Virus record (IMG/VR): IMGVR_UViG_2974628631_000001
Coordinates: 61,727 to 125,726 of that record
Strand: one strand, 5' to 3'
Length of the DNA: 64,000 nucleotides
Source: a virus
Taxonomy: Duplodnaviria > Caudoviricetes
A program made the position numbers and the translations under genes. This document shows positions 51,834-61,790 of the stretch, piece after piece. Below the pieces are notes generated by a model, which searched no databases, was not told where the DNA came from, and was given only the letters and a program-made list of their open reading frames with translations. The first letter of the stretch is position 1, and each line of letters begins with the position of its first letter.

Positions 51834-53392
51834 GCTATGTAGGTAGAATTGCCTCCGTAATGAGTCCGTGGGTACAATACCTTGCGAGGGATAAAGATGG
51901 CAATGGTGACTGCGGCTAACCTACATTTCTGTATCACTCTCTAGGAGAAACCAACATGATGATTCCTGCTCCCCGTGTTGATGTCGAGTCGTTCCCTTGT
52001 GCTGAGAAGGGCTGTGATGGCTTCTACGTCCCTTACAGCGATGGCCTGATGGTCTGCTACGATGGTCACGTTTCCAGCCTCTCTGTGGACGATGTAGAGC
52101 TTCCGGTCGGTGCACTTGTGCCAGTGCTGGAAGAGTGCTAAGTTAGTCCTAACGGCGGGGGCAACCCCGCCAAGCTTCCCAACTACATAGGAGATAAAGT
52201 GTTCACCGTTACTCAACGCATTGACGGGCCGTACATGGAGTCTATTCCCGACTTCCAGTTTGTTGCCAATATTGAGGGGAACAATGAGACTCCCCGAAAG
52301 GATGACACTCTGGTAATTGGTGGTAATACTTACACTGTCTACAATGTGGAAAGGAATTACGACACTCAATCAGTCTTTGTATATGTGACCAAGGTTGTGA
52401 ATGACGACCTGTTCTAGAAATACCGGCCGGTTTCCGGCCAAGCTTCCCATCCGAATTCATTAGGAGAAAAGCAATGGCTATCGAGACGGTTCTCAAGGAC
52501 ACTTCCGACGCTCCCTGGTCTCTCGCTGGTTGGACTGTTCGTTACAAGCAGGTTGGGGAATTCAAGTTTCACTACCTTCTGATTTCCCCCAAGGGTGAGG
52601 AGTTCGGTCACAACCGATGGAATGACCGACACTTTCGTTATGAAGGTGTGGGTACAATTGAGGAGCTGATTGAGATTCTTCCGGGCCTGTATGACACCAA
52701 GTCTTGCATTGAGCAGTATCTTGCCAAGCATGGTGAGGTTAAGGAATACAGCCTCTAGCAATACCGGGCGAGAAATCGCCCAAGCTTCCCAATAAAATAG
52801 AGTAAAGGAAATGCCATGCTGATTATGCAGGCTAAGGAACTCAATGAAGGTGACAAGGTTCGGGACATTGTCCACAATGAGGATGTCTCCTTCCTTGCAG
52901 GGCCTTTCCAAAATCTAAATGAGGCTGTCTGGCATATCGTAGGGCGAGACGAACAGGGTGTAGTAAAGCTCTACCACCTGTCAAATATTTCCAGCGTCGT
53001 AATGCCTGAGGCTGGTGAAACATGGAAGGATTCATTTGATGCCTTCGCACATGTTGACGCAGTAGCCAACGGTTATGTAGTCTTCAGGCACAGGAGGTCG
53101 GACACCAAGGAAATGGCAACGGTGATGACTCTGAGAAAGTTCGTCTCTACCTTCTATAAGGCATAAATCCCGGCGGGTTAGAAATAACCCGCAAGCTTCC
53201 CAACTAGGATTGGATAAGAAATGTCTCGGAAGACTGAAGCTTTCAAGCGGGAAATGCTGATGGGTACCATTACCCCTCACATTCCCACTCAGGTTGCCGA
53301 CTGGGAACCTTATACGCTTGCTGAAAAGAAGGTTCCTTGCCCTAGGTGTGGTAAGTCGGTTAAGCTCGATGGAAAGGCTGTAGAGCTTCATT

Positions 53393-53899
53393 ATGCAGCA
53401 ACTTCAAATTACATCTGCCACTAGAATTGGCAATAGAGAAGACGCACAGACTGTAGCTGAATGGGATTGGGACAGTAACGGATTTCCCGAAGGATGGTAC
53501 TACGAAGGTGAGGGAGCACAAAGACTTGTGCTGCTGAGTCCGGATGGTGTAATCTACAAGAAGGAAAAGCCTGGTGAACATCAGGTAAATGTAGATGAAT
53601 ATCTGAACTATCTAAGAACTCGTAAGGTGCCAGTCAAAAACTGGCGGGTTCCAAGAACAAGCCTCTACACCATAGGCTATGAATCAGTCATCGCAATGGA
53701 ATACGTTGAAGGCAAGTTTGATATAGAGTGCCAGAGATATGGCAAGGGTTACAATCAAGAATGTTCATGTAACCAAACTCCTTGCACTGCATGGGAATGG
53801 GAGAAGCCAACGACACTGTGGGATATCATAGACTTGTCAGAGACAAACATTCTGATTGAAGACGATGGAACGCGAGTCTTGATTGATATTGTGGCCTAA
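53393..53899 (+). CDS. minimal protein-kinase-fold protein
   Basis: GEGAQRLV, VIYK, E, AMEYVEG, DLSETNIL, VLID. Confidence 0.6.
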   Translation: MQQLQITSATRIGNREDAQTVAEWDWDSNGFPEGWYYEGEGAQRLVLLSPDGVIYKKEKPGEHQVNVDEYLNYLRTRKVPVKNWRVPRTSLYTIGYESVIAMEYVEGKFDIECQRYGKGYNQECSCNQTPCTAWEWEKPTTLWDIIDLSETNILIEDDGTRVLIDIVA

Positions 53900-55273
53900 T
53901 GGTCAGCGGACGAAAGTCCGCAAGCTTCGCACTATAGAAGGAGAAACACATGGCTAAGTCGGTTCGTCGCATTCAGTCTCAGAAGGTCCAGACTCCCCGG
54001 AGCAAGAAGACGCGAGACTATCGCAACGGAAATGACTTCTCCAACTTCAAGGGTCCTCGCTATTCTCGTAAGGCTAAGTATAATACGGAGTGGTAATGAC
54101 TGATTACAACAAGTATGACGTTCCCAGTCCCGATGATTGGCACGCCCCATACATTAATTGTCGCGCATGTGACGATACGGTTGTTATGGGGGAGATGACA
54201 ATTGCAGAGATGCTAAAGGAAGTTGATAAGCACGATAAGGAATGCGTTCCTAAGCCATGGACTTACTATCGTGGATACCGAATTGATGGAAATGAAAGTT
54301 GGTATCGTGAGGGTCCTGTAACAGATTCAGTCAAGGCAGAATTGACCGAAGAGTCTAAGAATCTCAATGAGGGCTGTTTGGTTAAGTTCGAACCACGAGA
54401 GTGGTAAAACCAGGCGGGTTAGCAATAACCCGCGAGCTTCCATCACTAATATATTAAGGAATAACAATGGAGCGATTTCTTCAGGCTCTCATCACTGGTA
54501 TCATCGGCTTCTTCATTGAGGGATGGATGCTGATGCTCTTTCTTGGTGGAGTCCATCACGAAGTTCTTTCTTCAGTTAGTCCGATTGGTTACTGGACTGC
54601 CTGTCTCCTCTCGGTTCCGCTTGACATCATGATTGTTTCGTACTTCTCTCTCACGTCTAACCGTGTTGACGAGATTCACAAGGCTGTTGTGGTGAAGTAA
54701 CAAAACTCTGGGCAATTACGAGACCATCGTAATTGCCCAAGCTTGTCTATAAAGGAGAATGGTACAATGAAGCAGGGAAGCGACAAGAAGACTGTTGCGG
54801 GCATCGTTGCCTTTGGCGGTTGCTGGCTCGTGGGAGCCCTTCTGAGCCTCGCAACTACGGTCCTGGTCATCTGGGGACTCTGGGAGGGTATCCAGTGGCT
54901 ACAGCGCCACTGAAAGCTTTTCCGGCGGGTGTGCTGGTGACCCGCCAAGCTGTGTTACAGTAAGGAGGTAAGACCATGAAGCAGGTTTGTCCGTTCTGTC
55001 ACCGTATGAGATGCATCTGTCGTCGCATATTCTCTTAGGGGTAGAAATGAAGCGCTCTAAGCTCCAACTGTTCGCCTTGACATCGTTAGGTGGACTGGTT
55101 ATACTGGCACTCATGTTCGGACTGATGTTGGGTGCGATTGCTCTTGATGACAGTCCGAACAAGTGCGCATCCAAGGTAGCATCTAAGGTCTATGACCCGA
55201 AGTGCTTCTAGGGTTGACAGCCACACGAGAGTGTGGCAAGCTTGCAGCAACAGAACGAACCAGAGAGGTTGAA

Positions 55274-55669
55274 ATGAAGCTCTTCGGTAAGAAGCTTGAC
55301 AAGGTTCCTGACCAGCGTAAGATTGAAGAGATGGAGATTGAGCTTGGTCTCACTCCCATCGTAACGGAAGAGAATTTCGAGCGGGAGTTTGACAGGGCTC
55401 TCATCAATGATTATCGTGAGAGGTTCGAGAAGTCTTGGATTGAAGCTGAAGCTTATATCAGTCGTTACTACGCTCGTCACAAGTATTACCGTGATGACAA
55501 TGAGGAGCGTGCAAGGAAGCGGTGGAATGAGAAGGTAAGCGAAACCGCTCGTAAGGCTTTTGAAGAGACTTTGGCTCTTCTGATTCAGGAGTCAAGTCAG
55601 GAAGAGTTCCAAAAGGAATTTGACCCGAATCACAAGGATAATTACCGTTCGTACCACTCTTACTACTAA
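55274..55669 (+). CDS. hypothetical protein
   Basis: RBS gaggt; N-terminus similar to 55727..56089. Confidence 0.7.
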   Translation: MKLFGKKLDKVPDQRKIEEMEIELGLTPIVTEENFEREFDRALINDYRERFEKSWIEAEAYISRYYARHKYYRDDNEERARKRWNEKVSETARKAFEETLALLIQESSQEEFQKEFDPNHKDNYRSYHSYY

Positions 55670-56154
55670 AATTGAATAGGGGCTATGGCCCCAAGCTGAC
55701 GGGTCCTCCGGAAACATGGAGCTGAAGTGAAGATTCGGATTCGTAATTCTGCTATCGTAAACCCGCGCAAGCCTGATTACGATGCAATCAGCAAGATGGA
55801 GAAGGAATTTCTTGGTGAGTTCCCTTCATTTGAAATCAAGTACAACGAAATGCTGATTAAGGATTTCGAGAATCGTAAGAAGAATGGCAACTGGCCTGCA
55901 CGACAGGTTATGCTTGAGCTTGGCTATCTAAGCGAAGAGCTTTGCGATACTTCACAGCGATTCGATATCCTTCGTAAGTATTCCATGTGGCGTAAGGCTT
56001 ACTACGAAAGCAGGATGAACGACCCTGAGAATCGTAAGCGGTATGACGCTCTGCGCTCTCGTATGATGCGTGGAAGGCAGTGGCGTTAAAATCGCGGGGG
56101 TTGAAAAACCCCAAGCTTGTAATACCCCATCGTAAATAACATAAGGAATGTATT

Positions 56155-56454
56155 ATGAAGCGCATTGCTGCTCTCACTGCCTCTGTCGTTGCTGGTTCGG
56201 TCCTTCTGACCGGCTGTGGTGACCTTGGTGGTAAGCCTGTAAACCCGCCTGCAAAGGGTATGGTTTATGAGCGTGAGGAGTCGCTTGATTCCACTGGTCA
56301 CAAGGTCTATGAGCTTAGCCTCACCACTGACCGAAAGGCTATCCGTCGTAAGGCTTCCCGTTCTGGCAATTCTTCCAAGAAGAAGGACATTACGGTGAGC
56401 GAGAAGGTCTACAAGAATTGTGGGCTGACGGAAATGTACCCTGCTTGTAAGTAA
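56155..56454 (+). CDS. lipoprotein
   Basis: signal peptide with lipobox LLTGC. Confidence 0.8.
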   Translation: MKRIAALTASVVAGSVLLTGCGDLGGKPVNPPAKGMVYEREESLDSTGHKVYELSLTTDRKAIRRKASRSGNSSKKKDITVSEKVYKNCGLTEMYPACK

Positions 56455-57146
56455 GGGTATGGGGCGAAAGCCCCAAGCTTCAAAAACTCTGGGCTAAAAA
56501 GGAGCCATCGTAATGGCAGTTCTCACGTACACTGTTGGTCGTCTGCGTCGCAAGGAATTCCGAGCGACCCTTTCCGAATTCAGTATGAGGGAAAAGATTG
56601 ACCAGTACGAAGAGGTCAAGGGATTTTTCGATTCACGATTTGTAGTTGATGCCAGCATTGACAATCACGTCGAAATCATCAAGTCTCTTGGCGTAAATCT
56701 TACAGAGTAAAAAACTCTGGGCATATTTTCGACCATCGTAAATGCAAAAATTCTGGGTGTTTTTGAGACCATCGTAAAGGGGTACCCCGGCCCATTGTAG
56801 CAACCACTGTACCACGGTACAAACCGTGGTACAAAGCTGAGGTTGGTTGAAGGTTCAACAGTTCAATCCTAAAAGGTTGAATCCCGAACTATCCAGCCGT
56901 CTGAATGTTGAACGTTGAACTACCTGCGCCGACTGGGATTGTACCAACCAATGTAGCAATACAAATGTTGATACAATCCGGGATTGTTGAAAGCTCAACA
57001 ATCAAAGGCTAAGAGGTTGAACGTTCAACAACTTTTTGTGTTATCAATTGTAGCAATACAAAGACTGGTACAAAGCCGGTCGGCCAGACTTGTTGAACAT
57101 TCAACGGTCAAGCCTTGCAATCGTTCAATTTTGTACATCCACAGCA

Positions 57147-57422
57147 TGTGGATAAACCTGTGGATAACTCAGCTACTTAGCGCAATGTTACTTCACAGTA
57201 TGTGAGAAAAGCTCTGTACGCCTCTCTACGGGCCTAGCGTGACTGCCCATAGGCAACCACCCCAGGACACCCACGAAAGGCCGTTAGACGCGAATTTCAC
57301 GCTGTGTAGTATCTGACGGACCGTTGGGAAACCATAGAAAACAGCAGGTCAGAGCATGTTTCGCTATATATGAAGGGTTGTTGCATAACTCCCGGTTGTC
57401 ACTCTCTGGTGACTGTGGATAA
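57147..57422 (-). promoter_or_regulatory. three perfect DnaA boxes
   Basis: TGTGGATAA (reverse complement TTATCCACA) at 57147, 57159, 57414 in a long non-coding region. Confidence 0.7.
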
Positions 57423-58263
57423 CTTCTTTTACCAAGTTGTTACCGAAACACGCCGACTAGGGGGTTGACAATCTTTAAAAAATTTGCATCAGGGGAGAAG
57501 CCGGCCAATTAGGTAAAATTTTGGTAAACATTCTCAGAAAAGCTTGACAGTCCCCGAACGGTCCTGTATTTCGCGCACACTCGCCCCGTGTGATGGGAGC
57601 GGCTCGAATGTCTACGGAGAGTAGCGACACGCCGAAGACATGCTAACTAAAAGTAGTTTTAGGCCGCTGACCTGCGGAAACGTACTTTTTCGGGGTTAGG
57701 GGGTTCCGAGCACTCGGAAACGTCGCCTAGTGTTCTCTGTGTCGGAACGGAACGGCGGAACGGGAAACCGGGAAGTCGGGAAGGGAAGACAGGCTAGACA
57801 CGCAAGACCGACTCTGATACAGTCGGAAACGCGCCGGAGGAAAACCCGAAAGGGCCAGTACAAAGGAACGCACTGGCAACACATTGAGAACTGAACAGTG
57901 GGATACAGAAACACATTACGCATCAATAAATGCGCCTAGGGCCTCTTGCGGTGAACTCTGCCGGAATGCGAAAGCTTTTTACGAACATTACTAGGCAGAA
58001 TTGATATTCTCGGCACTTTGCCAGAATTAGCGAAAAGGCATTCTCTCCCTGGTGTAGCGACCATATCGAATGCGCAGTAACCCGCCGGGCGGTAGACCGG
58101 AATGGCACGGGTGAATCTAAGTAGCGAAATTCAGCGGGTGTTTTGTTTATCAGTTGCGATGCGCCGTGGGGAATTCGATTAGATGAGTTCCCCTGTGGCT
58201 TTAGACGCTTACCCTTTCGAGCGTCTAGTGTCCACAAAGGAATTAGGGAAGAAAGCAGGAATC

Positions 58264-58584
58264 ATGACCACTGCCAAGACTGCCACGACTGCCAAGCGTG
58301 CCCCCCGCAAGACTGCGGCAAAGGCACAGACGGCCGTTTCCGCCGTTTCCACGGATGACCCGCAGAACCTTGCCGGTTGGACGTGGGAGCGTCCCCAGGG
58401 TGCCGACACGTTCGTTTCTACGGGCAAGGGTCCGGCACTCGGCAAGCTCACCCCGCGCGCACTGGAGAACCTGACGGAACTTGCGCAGGAAGGAAACACG
58501 GACTCCGCGCGTCGGTACTGGATTCGTCGTCTCGCACAGTACGGCGTGACCGTGCCTTTCGTTTCGGTTGACGCATCCGAGTAA
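58264..58584 (+). CDS. hypothetical protein with Lys/Ala/Thr-rich N-terminus
   Basis: RBS agga, host-like GC3-rich codons. Confidence 0.7.
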   Translation: MTTAKTATTAKRAPRKTAAKAQTAVSAVSTDDPQNLAGWTWERPQGADTFVSTGKGPALGKLTPRALENLTELAQEGNTDSARRYWIRRLAQYGVTVPFVSVDASE

Positions 58585-58669
58585 GGCAAACCCGCAAAAC
58601 AACTGAATAGCAATTCCCCAAAACACTAACCCCCTAATTCCTCTGCGGACACTAGAAAGGAGAAAACAA

Positions 58670-59170
58670 GTGTTCCGACTGACGAAAAACGGGCGGGTTT
58701 ACAATCCGACTTCCGTTAAGCGTTGGTATCCGCGTGCCAGTAGGGAAAGCGGATATGAGGGAAGCTGGGTTGCGTTCCAAGTGCCCTATTACCGGGCATG
58801 GCACGAATGGAACGGAAAGCGGTTCGAAATTCTCCACAAGGGCTCTATGTGGTCCCTTGCCAGGGAAATTCGGAAGTCAAAGAAGTTCGCAGAAAAGTAC
58901 CCCAATGAGGCAGCGGAATTCGTGCTGCATTACGAAAAGTATTGGGTGACTGAATGGGAACTCCTTTGCCCGTGGTGTGGCGCACGTCCCGACCAATGGG
59001 AAATGGATTGTGACGGGAATTTCCCCGTTGCTTCCTGCGGCTCACCTCAATGCGACCAATTGCGACGGTGTGAGGGTTGCGGACGGGACGGGGAAGCACA
59101 CATTAACAATCTGTGTGACCCTTGTTACGAGTCGGAATACAACCGGCCCGTACCGCAACGACGGAAGTAA
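58670..59170 (+). CDS. hypothetical Cys-rich protein
   Basis: RBS aaggag, several CxxC. Confidence 0.7.
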   Translation: MFRLTKNGRVYNPTSVKRWYPRASRESGYEGSWVAFQVPYYRAWHEWNGKRFEILHKGSMWSLAREIRKSKKFAEKYPNEAAEFVLHYEKYWVTEWELLCPWCGARPDQWEMDCDGNFPVASCGSPQCDQLRRCEGCGRDGEAHINNLCDPCYESEYNRPVPQRRK

Positions 59171-59249
59171 TTCCAAGCTGTGTGAATACCGGGCGGGTTG
59201 GGGAGCAATTCCCAACCTTGCCCGTGTCCACATAGAAGGGAAAAGAACC

Positions 59250-59720
59250 GTGGGCGATTTCAAAGTAAGTGAGCCGGTAAGCATGTGGAATTACGCAATT
59301 GAGGCGGAATACGCCTTCAATGGCGAAAACCTCATTCGGTCGGCTTTCTTCGGTTCGGCAAAGGAATTTGCCGAATGGCTTAGCTCGTTCGATTACGAAA
59401 GCGGCGACGTTTTCGGTTGGACGGGTGACAGTGCAACCATGCGGGCGGTAGACAGTTACCGCACGGACGAATACCGCGCGGTTCCGGAATTCATCACGGA
59501 ATACAACACGAGTGATGGAAGTTCGGAAATCATCGGGGCAGACCAGTTTCACAATCTGCGCCGGATGTTCCAAAAGGACCGACAGAATTACCGGATTCAC
59601 CGGCATTTCTGCGGTAACGCAAAGGTCTATTCGGTTATGTACATCGGAAACGGTGATGCCGAATTGAGTTCCTACGTGTGGCACGTTCCCTTTGGGACAG
59701 ACGAAATGCCGATTTCCTGA
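59250..59720 (+). CDS. hypothetical protein
   Basis: RBS gaaggg before GTG. Confidence 0.65.
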   Translation: MGDFKVSEPVSMWNYAIEAEYAFNGENLIRSAFFGSAKEFAEWLSSFDYESGDVFGWTGDSATMRAVDSYRTDEYRAVPEFITEYNTSDGSSEIIGADQFHNLRRMFQKDRQNYRIHRHFCGNAKVYSVMYIGNGDAELSSYVWHVPFGTDEMPIS

Positions 59721-60064
59721 AATGGGAATCACTATAGGGAAAGGGGGTGGTTACCTTGCGACGTAGGCGCAAGCGCAAATTACCCTAGGCACTAAGCCAA
59801 GCTAGCGGGATTTCAGTTCCGGGCATTCTCTGAAAAGGGAATGTCCGGGCGAATGTCCAACTAGAAAGGTGGCGCTATGCGTCAGACGGTTAAGTACGCC
59901 CGTGTTCGTGCAATTCAGGACCCGGACCGGGATTTGGACACGCCCGGTACGTATTACGGAAACAACGCGCCGGGCTCTTTCCGCTTGAACAATAAGCGGT
60001 TTGCCCGACTCGTTTTCACCATGCGGACCACTCGCGGCGCGCACGTTGCCAAGGGTGAGAGGTA

Positions 60065-60430
60065 ATGGACGCATTCAAGCGGCGTGCATTCGGCATGGTT
60101 GGTTATCTGGCCGATTGGGTCGGATACGGGTCAAGCTACGATTACCGCGATAATGCGGAATTCTTCGCAACTCTGGAAGATGCCCGTTGGGAAATGCATA
60201 CGCGGAATAGGGGAGACGGTTATTTCTCCTATATCGAGTTTGACGATTGCGGATACATTACCGGGGTTAAGGATAGGGAATATACCTTGACGCCCGGTCT
60301 GTGGGATTCGCAATATATGTCGCTGCGGCCGATTTACTACAACGATGCGGGGGAATTGGTTTACTCCGATGAATCCTCGCACACGTTGGATATCGGCCCA
60401 CGGGGCGGCATTCGGGTTCGGCGTGACTGA
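60065..60430 (+). CDS. hypothetical protein
   Basis: RBS gaggt; C-terminal GPRGGIR. Confidence 0.7.
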   Translation: MDAFKRRAFGMVGYLADWVGYGSSYDYRDNAEFFATLEDARWEMHTRNRGDGYFSYIEFDDCGYITGVKDREYTLTPGLWDSQYMSLRPIYYNDAGELVYSDESSHTLDIGPRGGIRVRRD

Positions 60431-61355
60431 CATTTAGTGTGTCAGGGGATGCACAAGCCTTTACGGTTGTGCTTTCCCCTAATGCACTGAAATACAGTGC
60501 AGGAAAGGGAAGCAATGAACATCACTACGGTTTCCGTCAACGGTCGTTCTGGCATCGCTGCGGGCGTGGGCAAGGGTCCGAACGCTGGTAAGCGGTTCAT
60601 CCTGTGGGACGACGAAAACGGTAGCGACGTGGGTTCGTGGGTTCCGGCTGAGTCGGTCATGGTGACCACTCCGCTTGACAGGGTCTGAGACACGCTAGGG
60701 GAGCGTCTAAGAGACTTTGGACGCTCCCTTGGCAGTCTGCCCCAACCAAGCTACGAACGGCCGTTAGAACGGCGCTGAGAGGATTTTTGTACCATGCACC
60801 GTACCAAGCTCGAAATCCTGGCGGAGCGCATCGAAAAGGCGCGCAAGGAACTTGCCATTTTGGAAGGAATGGCAACCGGGCTGGAAAACATTCCGTTGAA
60901 CGTCAAGTGCACGGGGTGCGGCGAATTGCTCGCAACGGAAAAGGATTTCGCCGGGCATTTCTTGGTTCCGGATGAGCAATTGCTGAACACTGGCTATTGC
61001 CCGAACAACCGGCGGAACATCTGAAATGGAATCCGCCGAAAAGTGCAAGAATTGCGGTGAGTTGATTACCTACGCTTACCGCGAATGGTGGGATAAGAAC
61101 GATGACAATGCGTGCCCTAAGGGTGAAACGCATTTCCCGTTCTTCCGAACAACGCTTGCGCCTACTCCGGTTGTCCCGACAATGGGGCCGGTTGCTAAGT
61201 GGCGCAAGAATGGTTCGGGGCGATTGGTTCCCCTAAAGGGAAAGCGTTCCGCTCCGCGCAAGCTAGTTACTGACGCTTAGTCGTCCGGGCATTGTGAATG
61301 GAGAGTTTCACAGTGTCCGAATGCTCTAAGAGTTAGGGCAGGAAAGGGGTACATC

Positions 61356-61790
61356 ATGGAAATCCGCAACGTGACCAATCCGAGCAACATCGGAACGGCC
61401 ATTCTTCGGACTTCCGAAAAGTGGGGAGACAACATCACTTCCCGTGGCATCACGTCCAACATGCGCCGGAACGGCAATTACAACGCGCGTGTAAGGCTTG
61501 TGGCGCATTCGTCCTTTGGGGACGGTACGCGGGAAAGCGCAAGCGGTAGGCGCGGCCCGTGGGTTTGCTGGCACGCGCAGCGGGACTTTTTCCGCGCGCT
61601 TTTCGAGATTGAGCCGGGCGCAACGGTTCGAACGGGTCTCGGAAAGGGTGGCGTTACCTATACCGCCGGGAATTTCGAATCGACGTTTCCGGGCACGTAC
61701 AACACGAATGCGGGGAGTCTGTATTACCCGCGTGAGTTTGGCGGGTTGTGCGGTCACGGTGGCCGGGAAGCTGTGAACGGTACTTACTGA
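61356..61790 (+). CDS. hypothetical protein
   Basis: RBS aagggg. Confidence 0.7.
   Translation: MEIRNVTNPSNIGTAILRTSEKWGDNITSRGITSNMRRNGNYNARVRLVAHSSFGDGTRESASGRRGPWVCWHAQRDFFRALFEIEPGATVRTGLGKGGVTYTAGNFESTFPGTYNTNAGSLYYPREFGGLCGHGGREAVNGTY

Larger units (their letters stand above)
15287..56480 (+). repeat. dispersed intergenic hairpin+AAGCT element, about 50 copies
   Basis: approximate starts 15287,16682,17671,18032,19259,21305,23283,24268,24478,31250,31806,32164,33028,34096,35539,35837,36551,37278,38796,39152,40004,42707,42947,44088,44400,45331,46363,46581,47078,47356,47978,48631,48882,49816,50065,50609,50807,52154,52425,52766,53173,53906,54414,54709,54924,55220,55679,56097,56460. Confidence 0.95.

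Noticed and set aside
15287-56480. Hairpin+AAGCT series as a CRISPR array or as ordinary intrinsic terminators
   Set aside because: Repeats are not sequence-identical, the spacers are whole genes and there are no cas genes. There is no U-tract, and a fixed AAGCT foot is not a terminator feature, though termination is not excluded.
15287-56480. AAGCTT as a HindIII cloning or assembly artefact
   Set aside because: Variants AAGCTA/G/C and GAGCTT occur, and the sites are precisely positioned after hairpins between intact genes.
57398-57413. BldD-like palindrome gtcactctctggtgac
   Set aside because: The spacing does not match the consensus as I recall it, and it is a single occurrence.
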